Shown here one piece after another: positions 30,341 to 40,523 of a stretch of 64,000 nucleotides of DNA (position 1 is its first letter; each line of letters starts with the position of its first letter). A program made the translations under genes and the position numbers. The notes under the pieces were generated by a model. It saw only the letters and a program-made list of their open reading frames with translations, did not search any database and was not told the DNA's origin. The DNA lies in NCBI GenBank assembly GCA_014729775.1, contig WJJJ01000022.1, positions 13,313 through 77,312 on the forward strand, written 5' to 3'. The DNA comes from Candidatus Omnitrophota bacterium. GTDB taxonomy: Bacteria; Omnitrophota; Gorgyraeia; Duberdicusellales; 4484-171.

Positions 30341-30570
30341 TGAACGCTGCCTTGCACCGCAGGATTTTCCGCGGCTTTGCCGGCGACCGTTCCCGCCGCA
30401 GTCACGGCTTTCCCGGTCATGTCCGCGATTTTGCCGACCGTCGAAACGGTTTTTCCCACGGTATCAACCGTTTTCCCCGGAAGCCGGCACAACGCGCATC
30501 CCCCGGCGGAGAATAAAAAAAGCACGGTCAGCAACCGTACTCCTGCACTCATGTACGTCCTCATTCGCAT
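30337..30570 (-). CDS. Putative small secreted/lipoprotein with G-K-[TA]-V repeats
   Basis: 77 aa with signal peptide and Cys (LFLFSAGGC), followed by GKTVDTVGKTVSTVGKIADMTGKAVTAAGTVAGKAA repeats. Its stop overlaps the MFS start (ATGA). Could be a non-functional shadow ORF. Confidence 0.3.
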   Translation of the reverse strand: MRMRTYMSAGVRLLTVLFLFSAGGCALCRLPGKTVDTVGKTVSTVGKIADMTGKAVTAAGTVAGKAAENPAVQGSVQ

Positions 30571-30573
30571 TGT

Positions 30574-31530
30574 TCATCCGCCGTTTTCTATCAACAGCTC
30601 CCGAATCTTTCCCAGCAATGCATCCATTTTCGATTGTTCATTGGGGATCACGCATCCGGCCGCGTCAAAGTGCCCGCCGCCGTCGAATTTTTCCGCGGCT
30701 TCGGCCACATTCACCCGCCCCTTGGAGCGCATACTCACCCGCAGCCACCCTTCTTTCTTTTCCCGGAAAAGCACCGAAACCTCTACCCCCTGAATGGCGA
30801 GCATTTCCGAGGCGCCGGGATCGATATCTTCGTCGGCGCCTTGCACTCTCTCGAAATCCTCCTTGGTCACGATTGACCAGGCGATTTTTCCTTTCTGCAA
30901 GAAACTGCACCGGGACAAACAGATACCCAGCAGTACCGTCGCTTCCCGGCCTTGTGACCAGTATACCATTTCCGCCAGAGATGAAAAGTCAACACCCGTC
31001 TCGAGCAGTTTCGCGCATAAGGAAAACGTGAACGGGCGGACCTGCGGTACCCGGAAGGAAAGCGTCTCCACCACGATCGAGGTGAGGATGTTCTGCGCGA
31101 TCTCCGGCGTGAGCCCGACTCCAAGATCATCCAGCAGAAGGTACACCAGCTCGCCCACGGCCGCAGCGTCCTGATCCACTACCTGCACGTCTCCGAACGG
31201 TGCCCTGTATTCGTGATGATCGATCTCGACAATCTGCGCACTCTTTTCAAATACCGGCCGCACATCCCCCAGCATCTGTTTCATGCTCACGTCGACCGAT
31301 ATCGCCAGGTCCATTTCGGCATCCGTGGTGCTTCGCACTTCTCCGGCCCCGGGAAGACGTCGAAACCGCGGAGGGAATTCGTCGTGGCTCAGCATCCAGA
31401 CGCGTTTCCCCAACGTCCGCAGTCCGAGTCCGAGCGCGAGCAGAGACCCTATGCAATCCCCGTCCGGATTGAGATGGCCGGCGACCGCGATTGTGTCCGC
31501 GGCCCGGATGAGTTCCGCGGCTTGCGGCAT
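30574..31530 (-). CDS. nrnA: DHH-family phosphoesterase NrnA (oligoribonuclease / pAp phosphatase)
   Basis: DHH motifs (AGHLNPDGDCIGS, EIDHH) and a DHHA1 C-terminal GGGH. Start set at the internal ATG at 31530 rather than the upstream TTG. Confidence 0.75.
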   Translation of the reverse strand: MPQAAELIRAADTIAVAGHLNPDGDCIGSLLALGLGLRTLGKRVWMLSHDEFPPRFRRLPGAGEVRSTTDAEMDLAISVDVSMKQMLGDVRPVFEKSAQIVEIDHHEYRAPFGDVQVVDQDAAAVGELVYLLLDDLGVGLTPEIAQNILTSIVVETLSFRVPQVRPFTFSLCAKLLETGVDFSSLAEMVYWSQGREATVLLGICLSRCSFLQKGKIAWSIVTKEDFERVQGADEDIDPGASEMLAIQGVEVSVLFREKKEGWLRVSMRSKGRVNVAEAAEKFDGGGHFDAAGCVIPNEQSKMDALLGKIRELLIENGG

Positions 31531-31535
31531 ATCCT

Positions 31536-32036
31536 TCACAGTGAATCCTTCAATTTTGAGAAAACTGCCGGAACACAATGCTGATCGAGCACCTCGAACC
31601 GTTCCTTTTGAGATTCGAACTTTTTTTCCTGCTTCAAATTCCTGCGTTCAGCTCGCTTTTCTTTTAACAGCCGGGCAAACACTCCTTTGTATTCCGGCGC
31701 CGCCCGAGAAGAAGCGAGCATCTTGTAAAAAGAAACGGCGATACGGTTCATCTCTAAACCGATATTGACCGCTCCCTGTACGGAAAACTGTTCGGGATTA
31801 AGCCGGCACAGCTCACATTCCGGAACCGACACGTCGATCTTCCCTTTCCGTGCCTGCAGTATTTCCCGCAGGGTCTCAGCGCGGAATTTCGCCTGTTCGG
31901 CCATCCCTCTGAACAGCTTTTTCGTTTTCCCGTTTTTAAGCACCGCGGCTAAATGCCGGGAGCAGTTGTACGTGACATATTCGGCGCATATCGTCTGATT
32001 GATCACCGGCCTGATGTCTTCACTTGTTTTTTTCAT
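31536..32036 (-). CDS. Hypothetical protein (Cys-containing, helical)
   Basis: 166-aa ORF with coding-like composition, CxxxxxxC and CxxC pairs. No family recognised. Confidence 0.45.
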   Translation of the reverse strand: MKKTSEDIRPVINQTICAEYVTYNCSRHLAAVLKNGKTKKLFRGMAEQAKFRAETLREILQARKGKIDVSVPECELCRLNPEQFSVQGAVNIGLEMNRIAVSFYKMLASSRAAPEYKGVFARLLKEKRAERRNLKQEKKFESQKERFEVLDQHCVPAVFSKLKDSL

Positions 32037-32063
32037 CGTGCCCCTCCATATCTCTTCACTCCT

Positions 32064-32861
32064 TCATCTCAACTGCGCGATCACCGGAGCGTGATCTGAA
32101 GGTTTTGGGCTTTTCCGGGCGCGCGCCGCGCGGGCAACAGTAATACGGACCAGCTTATCACGAACCGGAGCCGTACCCAGTGCGTAATCGATCCTCATCC
32201 CGCGATTTTTCTTCCACGCGTCCCCGTAATAATCCCACCAGGTAAAAGCTTTCTTCCTCGGATATTTTTCCCTGAATAAATCATGCAATCCCCAATTGAG
32301 CAGATCATTAAATACCTCGCGTTCCTTCGGATAGGTCCCCACGGCATTCCCGCCGGCACGTGCATTATACACGTCTGTATCGCTTCGCGCGACATTAAAA
32401 TCCCCCATCATAACTATTTTTTCCGAAGGACGGAAATGCCCGGTGAGATACGTGAGCAATTGCAGATACCATTCCAGCTTGGCGAAGTATTTTTCGCTTC
32501 CTTCCCGGTCCCCGTGAGGCGCGTACAACGAAAACACCCGGTAGCCCCGGACCATCCCCGAAAGAATACGTCTCTCCTCGTCTTCCGCCTCCTCTCCCCA
32601 TCCTTTTCGCACGTCTTTGATCGGTACCCGGGAACAAAGAGCTACGCCGTGCCGGCCGCGCCGCCCCCAGCACACGGACTGATAACCCCAGCGCGCGAAC
32701 TCGTCATAAGGAAACTTTTCGGATTCGGTTTTCACCTCCTGAAGACACAGCACGTCAATTCCGCTGTTCTTGTCCGCGCATAACCGTTCGCACAACGGCA
32801 GACGGGCATGAATCCCGTTCACGTTAAATGTGCCTACCGTCAGGGGTGTTCGTTTCACCAT
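32064..32861 (-). CDS. xth: Exodeoxyribonuclease III
   Basis: EEP-family motifs (FNVNGI, LCLQEVK, MGDFN, SDHAPV). Start set at the ATG at 32861, which overlaps the upstream gene by 7 bp. Confidence 0.85.
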   Translation of the reverse strand: MVKRTPLTVGTFNVNGIHARLPLCERLCADKNSGIDVLCLQEVKTESEKFPYDEFARWGYQSVCWGRRGRHGVALCSRVPIKDVRKGWGEEAEDEERRILSGMVRGYRVFSLYAPHGDREGSEKYFAKLEWYLQLLTYLTGHFRPSEKIVMMGDFNVARSDTDVYNARAGGNAVGTYPKEREVFNDLLNWGLHDLFREKYPRKKAFTWWDYYGDAWKKNRGMRIDYALGTAPVRDKLVRITVARAARARKSPKPSDHAPVIAQLR

Positions 32862-34018
32862 AACACGTTCGCAAGGTACCCCAGCACGAGCACCTGTGGA
32901 ACGGTCACTGCGGGAAGCCACAACGCGGTTTTTCTTCCGACGTTATGCCAAATCAGTCCGATTTCCGTATAATCGGTCGCAACGCCGGCCATGAGAAACA
33001 CAAAACTGTTTCCCAACGCTCCGGTTTCGCGAAAGATCGCGAACGCCAGCGGTGCCGACCCTTCGGAACAGACTTCGATCACCGTCGCCAGCGCCAGTGT
33101 CAGGCCTAACCCGAGAAGCGTGGGCCCCATATACGCCTGGAACAACTCCTGGGGAATGTAGGCATTGGCCGCGCTCGCGATTCCCATTCCGATCAAGATC
33201 CACCACAGGACCATATTCCCAAGCGCCAGACTCCCGTCAAAGATCCCTTTCAGGTCCTTCTTCACCCGCCGCGCCGAAAACCGATAATTTTTTCCCCGCC
33301 GGACGATATCCTCCCGGATGGAAAATCCCTGCACAACGTCGGCGGTATGGGTGTTCTTTTCTATCAGCCCCTTTTTTTCAAGAAATTGGAACACATATCC
33401 GGACACGATCCCTATGACCAGCGCCGATCCTATGATATAAACGGCGCCCGCCCCGAAGAACCCGAAGAGCATAATCGTCAAGGTGATATTCGCCCACGGC
33501 GAGGCCAATAAAAACGCGACTACCGCGGGGCCTGACGCTCCTTTTTTATGTAACTGAATCGCCAGCGCGAGGATCCCGTGTGAACAGGCGCTCATTAAAA
33601 ACCCCAAAAAAACGGAATACAGTATTGTTCTTTTCCGCGGGCGGGAAAGCACGGCCGAAATATACTCACGGGGGATAAAGTGATCAATCACTCCGCCGAG
33701 CACTAATCCCAACAGCACCGCCCACCAAATCATCCCCGCGTAGGCAGCAAGCGCCTGCCGGAACGGACGCAGGACAGGGACAAAAAACCCGGTCCCGTAC
33801 AGCGCGCCCAGCACGGCTGCGACCACCACTGCTTTGTTGGCATACCATTTCGTCCGGGGAGATCGGCACGCCGGGCATTTCTTCCCGGGAAGACCTTTCT
33901 CCCGGGAAAACTTATCGGCACAGCGCGCGCTGCAGAAAAAATAAGTACGCCCTTCGTGCTCGATTCGGATGCCTTTTTTTTCGTTTACCTGCATTCCGCA
34001 GATCGGATCTTGTGCCAT
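32855..34018 (-). CDS. Permease (DUF318/ArsP-like) with N-terminal YHS/TRASH metal-binding domain
   Basis: N-terminal ICGMQV...FFCSARC TRASH-type motif followed by 8-10 TM helices. Confidence 0.7.
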   Translation of the reverse strand: MAQDPICGMQVNEKKGIRIEHEGRTYFFCSARCADKFSREKGLPGKKCPACRSPRTKWYANKAVVVAAVLGALYGTGFFVPVLRPFRQALAAYAGMIWWAVLLGLVLGGVIDHFIPREYISAVLSRPRKRTILYSVFLGFLMSACSHGILALAIQLHKKGASGPAVVAFLLASPWANITLTIMLFGFFGAGAVYIIGSALVIGIVSGYVFQFLEKKGLIEKNTHTADVVQGFSIREDIVRRGKNYRFSARRVKKDLKGIFDGSLALGNMVLWWILIGMGIASAANAYIPQELFQAYMGPTLLGLGLTLALATVIEVCSEGSAPLAFAIFRETGALGNSFVFLMAGVATDYTEIGLIWHNVGRKTALWLPAVTVPQVLVLGYLANVLW

Positions 34019-34022
34019 AGGC

Positions 34023-34973
34023 TTACCATTTTACCTGATCAATGATCTCCTGAAGTTTTTTCGCCGACCCCTGGAACTGTTCCCGCTCCTTTTCGGATAA
34101 TTTCAACCGCAGCGCACGCACGATCCCCTTCCGGTTCACCAGTGCCGGGACACTCAGGCACACATCATCAATTCCGTAATAGCCTTCGATCAGCGAAGAA
34201 ACCGGCAGTACGGAATTTTCGTCACGGAGAATTGCTTCCACGATCCGGACCAATGCGAGGGCAACCGCATAATATGTCGCTCCTTTGGCGTCGATGATTT
34301 TATACGCGGCATTTTTCACCTCCGCAAAGATCCCTCCGAGAGTTTTCAGGTAATCGCACCTCTCGTCGCACAAGGGACAATACTCCGACAGCACCATTCC
34401 CCCGATACTCGCCAAACTCCATACGGGAAGTTCGCTGTCACCGTGTTCGCCGATGATATAGGCGTGCACGTTACGGGGATCAACGTGACAATGCTGACTG
34501 ATCAGAAACCGCAAACGCGAACTGTCAAGCACCGTTCCGGATCCGAGGACCCGGTTGGGTGAAAACCCCGATATCTTGATCGTCGCGTACGTGAGCACGT
34601 CGACCGGATTAGTCACCACCAGCAGGATCGCGTCTTTGGCGTATCGAATCACCTCAGGAATGATCTCTTTAAAAATATCTGCGTTTTTCTGCACGAGCTC
34701 AAGCCGGCTTTGCCCGGGTTTTTGTTTCGCTCCGGCGGTAATCACTACGATGTCCGCCCCCGCACACCCTTCGTATCCGGAGGCGTAGATACGCGCCGGC
34801 CGGGTAAAACTCATGCCGTGATTCAAATCCATGCACTCACCTTCGGCGCGTTTCCTGTCCCGGTCCACCAGGACGATCTCTCGGGCCGCGCCGCTCAGCA
34901 TCAACGCGTAGGCAAAAGTGCTGCCTACATTCCCTGCCCCGATAATCGAAATTTTGCTGTTGGTTTTATTCAT
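34023..34973 (-). CDS. ldh: L-lactate dehydrogenase
   Basis: IGAGNVG NAD motif, substrate loop GAKQKPGQSRLEL and catalytic IGEHGDS. ATG at 34973 with an AAGGAG RBS. Confidence 0.9.
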   Translation of the reverse strand: MNKTNSKISIIGAGNVGSTFAYALMLSGAAREIVLVDRDRKRAEGECMDLNHGMSFTRPARIYASGYEGCAGADIVVITAGAKQKPGQSRLELVQKNADIFKEIIPEVIRYAKDAILLVVTNPVDVLTYATIKISGFSPNRVLGSGTVLDSSRLRFLISQHCHVDPRNVHAYIIGEHGDSELPVWSLASIGGMVLSEYCPLCDERCDYLKTLGGIFAEVKNAAYKIIDAKGATYYAVALALVRIVEAILRDENSVLPVSSLIEGYYGIDDVCLSVPALVNRKGIVRALRLKLSEKEREQFQGSAKKLQEIIDQVKW

Positions 34974-34986
34974 CTTTTCTCCTTTT

Positions 34987-35418
34987 CTACCGCAGATCAA
35001 CAATGAGCGCCGCGATCAAGGCGAGCGCCGAAGAGAAAAAAATAAAAAAATAATTAATTCTGTCTTTTTTTGAATGCAGTCCGCAAAGAATCGTCCCTAT
35101 CACTTCGTAATCCGCGTCCGTCAAAGGATCCCGGTGCAGAAATTTTCTTACCAATTGCCGGTCTTTTAGTTCGCGCTGTACGACCGAATCTTTACGGTAC
35201 TTATAAATAAAAAAAACCGTGAATCCGCAAACCCCCACATACCAAAGAGCTTTTGCCGTACCGGTATGGAAATCAAGCACCACATTGACCGCCCGGAGAG
35301 AAATGGTAGCGACCAGCGCGATAAGAAAAAACACCATACTCTTCCTGCTGTGGGTGCACTTCTTTAACCGAAAACATTCATGGCAGACAAAGTGCTGCCC
35401 GCGGGCGGACGCACTCAT
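34987..35418 (-). CDS. Hypothetical membrane protein with N-terminal Cys/His cluster
   Basis: Start ATG at 35418 overlaps the stop of the upstream rubrerythrin-like gene (ATGA). N-terminal HFVCHECFRLKKCTH is followed by 2-3 TM helices. Confidence 0.4.
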   Translation of the reverse strand: MSASARGQHFVCHECFRLKKCTHSRKSMVFFLIALVATISLRAVNVVLDFHTGTAKALWYVGVCGFTVFFIYKYRKDSVVQRELKDRQLVRKFLHRDPLTDADYEVIGTILCGLHSKKDRINYFFIFFSSALALIAALIVDLR

Positions 35419-35936
35419 ACCCCGCCCCCCCCGGACTTCAACTGCTGCCACAGCGATTTAAAGAGATCCTTATGCCTCTGTTCTTCGGCAATGATCTCTT
35501 CCAGCCGGCTCTTCACTTCCGGTGAGGACACGTTGTTTTTACAGAGTTCATAAAAATTTATGGCCCGGTTCTCCGCTACCATTCCTAATTTCAGCGCGTC
35601 CTCCGGTGATGACACCGCACGCTTGAACCGTTCCGCATCGTGAAGAGGTGCGAACACCCCGTACTGCATACTGCTGAGCAAATCATCCTCATCGTGATCC
35701 TGTTCGGCGTGTTCCTGCTGTGCGTAGAGACAATTTTCAAAAAAATGTAAATGTTCTTTTTCCTCGTTGAGCAGCAGATCAAACGTTTCCCGCAACCGGG
35801 CATCGTCCGCCGCTTCGAGCAAATCCTGATAGAACTTTATCCCGTCTTTTTCGATCTTACAGGCAATCACATACGCTTCCACCGCGTCAAAATCGGTCAC
35901 CGTAAACTTCCCGTTTTTTTCTTCGATCTTCATCAC
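35415..35936 (-). CDS. Rubrerythrin-like / ferritin-like diiron family protein (second paralog)
   Basis: 173 aa with four-helix E..H patterns (EEKEHLHFF, EEQRHKD), similar in architecture to the 23151..23645 gene. Confidence 0.55.
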   Translation of the reverse strand: MMKIEEKNGKFTVTDFDAVEAYVIACKIEKDGIKFYQDLLEAADDARLRETFDLLLNEEKEHLHFFENCLYAQQEHAEQDHDEDDLLSSMQYGVFAPLHDAERFKRAVSSPEDALKLGMVAENRAINFYELCKNNVSSPEVKSRLEEIIAEEQRHKDLFKSLWQQLKSGGGGV

Positions 35937-35989
35937 GCTCCTTTCGTTTCGCTCAGAAACACAGAACCCCCGACACCAAACTTGAGAAA

Positions 35990-36007
35990 GATTACTTTAT
36001 AATAATC
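35990..36007. promoter_or_regulatory. Candidate operator: AT-rich near-palindrome GATTACTTTATAATAATC overlapping a -10-like TATAAA upstream of the rubrerythrin-like gene
   Basis: Inverted repeat GATTA...TAATC about 55-70 bp upstream of the ATG at 35936. Loosely resembles Fur/PerR-family boxes. Speculative. Confidence 0.25.
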
Positions 36008-36062
36008 ATTCTTCACCGTCAATCTCTTTTTTCGCCTTTTCTCTGACCGAAGGGAACTTCGT

Positions 36063-36260
36063 TTAGGAATTACGGACAAAATAGGGAGGTTCTTTCCTTT
36101 TCACCGCGAATTCGGCGAAACAAAGCGCATGGTAAGGACAGAATCGGTCTTGTGAGGAATGCGTACAGTGACCGCAGTATTTCCGGCGCAGCTCTGCGTG
36201 CTTGCGCCGGATATCCGGAACGGAGAACATCGAAAAAAAAGGGTCGTTTTTCACTTTCAT
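36063..36260 (-). CDS. Candidate small Cys-rich protein (65 aa)
   Basis: MKVKNDPFFSMFSVPDIRRKHAELRRKYCGHCTHSSQDRFCPYHALCFAEFAVKRKEPPYFVRNS. AAGGAG RBS about 10 nt upstream of the ATG. CxxC...Cx5C pattern. This is only the C-terminal part of the 224-aa track ORF; the rest is rejected. Confidence 0.3.
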   Translation of the reverse strand: MKVKNDPFFSMFSVPDIRRKHAELRRKYCGHCTHSSQDRFCPYHALCFAEFAVKRKEPPYFVRNS

Positions 36261-36788
36261 CTCTCTTGCACTCCTTGCCGGTCTCTCTTCGATGCTCCTG
36301 CGCGCGGCGGGAAACCGGGTTTTCTGGCGTGGCGCTCCCTCTCCTCCCGACACCGGAAGCAAGAGCCCCCTTCCGAAAAAGGCCTGCATGCCTCCGGCTT
36401 CCCGTCTCCCGGCGGCGCCTTCGAAAGACCGGTCCGCCCGGAAACGAGCGCCCAGAGGCACTCCGAAACGCCGATCCGCGCTCATGCTCCTCCACGGACC
36501 ACGCATCTGCTCCTCATCGAAAGACACACCGAAACGGCGGTTCATGCGAATTACCCCAATCCTCCACCAGCCACGGAAGAGGTAAGATCGGGCTTTTCTC
36601 CGAACCGTCACTGCGATCACTCTTGCGACAGGGCAACCGCGCAGCCGCAGAAAAGCGAAATAGGTATCTTCCACGGACCGTCTTTCGACACAGGCCCGGG
36701 AACCAAGGTGAACACCCCCCAGGAGCGCATTACACACCTTTATGGTGTGATATTATCACCCACATCCATTCTGTCAAGGCGCGCCGCG

Positions 36789-36823
36789 CAAAAAAAAAGG
36801 CCGCTGCGACACACGCAGCGGCC
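36789..36823 (-). terminator. Rho-independent terminator of fusA
   Basis: Minus-strand transcript reads GGCCGCUGCG-ugugu-CGCAGCGGCC followed by U9, 21 bp after the fusA stop. Confidence 0.7.
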
Positions 36824-36843
36824 AGGTTTATTTCCTCTGTGGT

Positions 36844-38940
36844 CTAGCGGGATTTCTCCGCCTTCTTTTCCTCGATGATCTTTTCGGCAATTTCGTAAGG
36901 AACCTCGACATACTTTTCGAAATGCATACTGTAGGTCGCCCTCCCGCTGGTCAACGATCTTAAAGTAGTCGCGTATCCGAACATTTCGGAAAGCGGAGCT
37001 TCGGCCGAGATCACCTGATTGCCCGCCTTGGAATCGATCCCGAGCACTTTTCCTCTTCGGGAACACACATTGCCCACGACGCTTCCGACAAAATCCTCCG
37101 GGGTATTCACTTCCAACGACATCGAAGGCTCGAGCAATACCGGAGCACAGCGCATGAAGGCCAGCTTAAAGCATTCGCTTCCCGCGATCTTAAACGCCAT
37201 TTCCGAAGAGTCGACATCGTGGTAGGAACCGTCTACCAGATTTACCCGAACGTCAACCACCGGATACCCGGCCATAACCCCCTTCTTCATCGTTTCGATA
37301 ATCCCCTTTTCCACCGCGGGAATATATTCGCGGGGAATCGCCCCGCCGGTGATCTTGTTGTTAAACTCAAATCCTTCGCCCGGATTTGCCGGCTCGATCT
37401 CCAGCACCACATGGCCGTACTGTCCCCGCCCCCCGGTTTGCTTCGCGTATTTGTGATCCTCCCGGGTATTATTGAGAATAGTCTCTTTGTAGGCCACTTT
37501 CGGCTGACCGATCACCGCCGCAACTTTAAACTCGTGCTTCAAGCGGTCAACGATCACTTCCAAATGTAATTCTCCCATCCCGGAGAGAATCGTTTCTTCG
37601 GTTTCCTGATCAAAACCGACGGTAAAGGTGGGGTCTTCCTCTGCGAGGCGCGCGAGCGCTTTCCCTAATTTTTCCTGCTCTGCCCGGCTTTCCGGTTTAA
37701 TACTGATCGCCATCACCGGCGCGGGAAATTCGATCGCCTCAAGCAGCACCGGGTTTTCCGGATCGCATAACGTATCTCCGGTCACCGTATGATCAAGTCC
37801 GATCGCCGCGCCGATATCGCCGGCATACAGCGTCTCGCGCATTTCCCGCTGATTGGCGTGCATCTGCAAAATCCTGCCGACCCGCTCTTTCCTTCCTTTC
37901 GTGGAATTCAGCACGTACGAACCGGATTCGAGCTTTCCGGAGTAGATGCGAAAATAAATCAGCTTCCCCATATGGGGATCTGCCTGCACCTTAAACGCCA
38001 GCGCCGAAAAGCGATCGTCATCGTTCGCTTTGCGGATCACTTTTTTCTCTTTGTCATCCGGATCCATCGCCTCGGTCGGCGGAAGGTCAAGCGGCGAGGG
38101 GAGAAACCGCGTTACCGCGTCCAGCAGCCGCTGTACGCCTTTATTCTTAAACGCCGAACCGCACATAAGCGGAACGATATCGTTATTCACCGTCCCTTTC
38201 CGGATCGCTTTTTCCAGTTCCTCTTTCGAAATACTGTCTTCCGATTCCAGATATTTTTCCATCAGAGAGTCTTCCAGCTCGACTGCTTTTTCCACCATCA
38301 CGTGGTGATATTTTTTGGCCGTGTCCAGGTAGTCCGCGGGAATTTCTTCAGCATGATAATTTTTCCCGAAGGACTCGTCGTCGTAGATATACGCCTTCAT
38401 ATCCATCAAATCAATGATCCCGCGAAACTTATCCTCGGCTCCGATCGGAATCTGCAGGGGGATCACGTTCGCCTTAAGCTGATTTTCTATATTTTTCAGC
38501 ACTCCGAAGAAATCGGCACCGATCCGGTCCATCTTATTCACGAACGCGATCTTCGGTACATTATACTTTTCAGACTGCCGCCAGACGGTTTCCGACTGCG
38601 GCTCCACGCCTCCCACCGCGCAAAAAATCGCGATGGCTCCGTCCAAAACCCGCAGGGACCGCTCGACCTCTACCGTAAAATCCACGTGTCCCGGAGTATC
38701 GATGATATTAATGCGGTGATCGTTCCAGAAACAGGTCGTCGCCGCGGAAGTAATCGTGATTCCCCGCTCCTGTTCCTGCTTCATCCAATCCATCTGCGCC
38801 TGCCCGTCGTGCACCTCGCCGATTTTGTGAGTTTTCCCGGTATAATACAATACACGCTCGGTAAGAGTCGTTTTCCCCGCGTCAATATGGGCCATAATCC
38901 CGATATTGCGCACCATATGCAGTTCAACCTTTCTTGCCAT
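36844..38940 (-). CDS. fusA: Elongation factor G (canonical)
   Basis: [33 protein letters not shown] and NKMD motifs with full five-domain EF-G. Start set at MARK. Confidence 0.92.
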   Translation of the reverse strand: MARKVELHMVRNIGIMAHIDAGKTTLTERVLYYTGKTHKIGEVHDGQAQMDWMKQEQERGITITSAATTCFWNDHRINIIDTPGHVDFTVEVERSLRVLDGAIAIFCAVGGVEPQSETVWRQSEKYNVPKIAFVNKMDRIGADFFGVLKNIENQLKANVIPLQIPIGAEDKFRGIIDLMDMKAYIYDDESFGKNYHAEEIPADYLDTAKKYHHVMVEKAVELEDSLMEKYLESEDSISKEELEKAIRKGTVNNDIVPLMCGSAFKNKGVQRLLDAVTRFLPSPLDLPPTEAMDPDDKEKKVIRKANDDDRFSALAFKVQADPHMGKLIYFRIYSGKLESGSYVLNSTKGRKERVGRILQMHANQREMRETLYAGDIGAAIGLDHTVTGDTLCDPENPVLLEAIEFPAPVMAISIKPESRAEQEKLGKALARLAEEDPTFTVGFDQETEETILSGMGELHLEVIVDRLKHEFKVAAVIGQPKVAYKETILNNTREDHKYAKQTGGRGQYGHVVLEIEPANPGEGFEFNNKITGGAIPREYIPAVEKGIIETMKKGVMAGYPVVDVRVNLVDGSYHDVDSSEMAFKIAGSECFKLAFMRCAPVLLEPSMSLEVNTPEDFVGSVVGNVCSRRGKVLGIDSKAGNQVISAEAPLSEMFGYATTLRSLTSGRATYSMHFEKYVEVPYEIAEKIIEEKKAEKSR

Positions 38941-39008
38941 GAGTATCAATCCTCCTTAGATATTCAACGGGTCTTAAAGATGTTATTGTAATAAAAAAAG
39001 AAGAGAAA

Positions 39009-40277
39009 TCAAGTGATTTTTTGCTGCTGTGCGGCCAACTCCCGCAGCGCTCGGATACGGTTCAGCACGGGCGGATGGCTGTAGGAATAGCGCACCTTCC
39101 ATGGATGCGGGGTCAGATTGGAAAGGTTTTCCACCGTAAGTTTTTTCAACGCCGAAATAAAATCCTCTTCGTGCCCGTACGTAACCGCGGCAAACCGGTC
39201 CGCTTCGTACTCATACCGCCGTGAAAACGTGTGGGCGATTATCGAACAGGCGACACTCAGCGGGGTATAGAGAAACCCGAAAAAGATGATGCTCGCATAG
39301 ACCGACGCCTGCTCCACGCCGAATGCCGCGGCGAGATCTCGGTTACCGATAAAGAACTGCAGGATGTAAAACATCACTCCGGTGGTCGCCGCGGAAAGGA
39401 TGATCCCTTTGAGAATGTGCTTCTTTTTATAATGACCGACTTCGTGCGCGAGCACCGAAACTAATTCCGGAACGTTGAGCTTTTCAATCAGCGTGTCGAA
39501 CAGCGCGATCCGTTTATATTTCCCTAAACCGGTAAAAAACGCGTTGGATTTCGTACTTCGTCTGGAGGCATCCATCGTATATACCCCCTGCAGACGAAAA
39601 TCCTGACTCCGGGCATACTCCTCTATCGCGTTACGCAATTCTCCCTCGGGGAGCGGAACGAATTTATTGAAAAGAGGAAGGATTACCACCGGAGCGATGA
39701 ACGTCACGAACAGCTGAAACACCATTACCGCGGCCCAGCACCACAACCAGGCCTGCGCGCCGGCGGAGAGAAAAAACCACAACACCCCTGCAAACAACAT
39801 CCCGCCGAGCACGACTCCCAAAAAAAGTTCTTTCACGAAATCACCGATAAAGGTGCGTACTTTGGTTTTATTGAATCCGTACTTTTCCTCGATCACAAAA
39901 GTATGATAGGCGCGAAACGGAAGCGACATGACTTCCGAAAGGAGAAAGACGACGCCGGCAAAGAACAGCCCTGCCGCGAGCGGATTCTCCGTCAAGGCGC
40001 GGACGCCCCGGTCCAACAAGCCGAATCCGCCGCACAGGATCACTGCGACGATAATGACCGTGGACACCGTATCTTTGACCACGGAGAACCCGGTATTTTC
40101 CTTGAGATACCGCTGAGAAGTCCGATATTTGTCGGGATCATACACCCCGGCGAACTCCCGGGGAAGTTCGGTGGAGACATGCCGGACATTGCGCCACTCT
40201 ACCAGCGTATCAAGCAGATACCGGCCGACAAGAAATCCCAGTACTAAAATAAGGTATAATTGCTCCATGGGCATCAC
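39009..40277 (-). CDS. M48-family zinc metalloprotease (Ste24/HtpX-like)
   Basis: Multi-TM N-terminal region and an HEVGH zinc-binding motif. Confidence 0.85.
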   Translation of the reverse strand: MMPMEQLYLILVLGFLVGRYLLDTLVEWRNVRHVSTELPREFAGVYDPDKYRTSQRYLKENTGFSVVKDTVSTVIIVAVILCGGFGLLDRGVRALTENPLAAGLFFAGVVFLLSEVMSLPFRAYHTFVIEEKYGFNKTKVRTFIGDFVKELFLGVVLGGMLFAGVLWFFLSAGAQAWLWCWAAVMVFQLFVTFIAPVVILPLFNKFVPLPEGELRNAIEEYARSQDFRLQGVYTMDASRRSTKSNAFFTGLGKYKRIALFDTLIEKLNVPELVSVLAHEVGHYKKKHILKGIILSAATTGVMFYILQFFIGNRDLAAAFGVEQASVYASIIFFGFLYTPLSVACSIIAHTFSRRYEYEADRFAAVTYGHEEDFISALKKLTVENLSNLTPHPWKVRYSYSHPPVLNRIRALRELAAQQQKIT

Positions 40278-40523
40278 AAAAAGGAAAGTTATTATATCAG
40301 ATTCTGGTGCGGTGTCCAGCGGCAGAATTGCCGATTCTTGATCATGCGCTCTCTGGCGCCATGCGCCGCAATGCCGGCGCCCTGATGAAGAACAGCGACC
40401 AAGTGGGCGATATTGAGAATTCGGGCGATCTAAAAATAAAGAGCCTGAAACGCAATATTGGGGATAAAGAGAGAACCGCCCCCTTTTTTCGTCCCCTTTT
40501 TCAACTTGTATCTTGGCGGGCGA

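Noticed and set aside
36063-36737. 224-aa minus-strand ORF spanning the long intergenic tract
   Set aside because: The N-terminal 160 aa are Arg-rich repeats (RRFGV) overlapping two other equally long ORFs in other frames. Only the C-terminal 65 aa with its RBS was kept as a low-confidence candidate.
40278-40523. 246-bp gap between the M48 protease and RND genes; ORF 40307..40534 (75 aa, plus strand)
   Set aside because: No RBS and no coding-like composition. Only a weak 5-bp stem was found, so no terminator was called.
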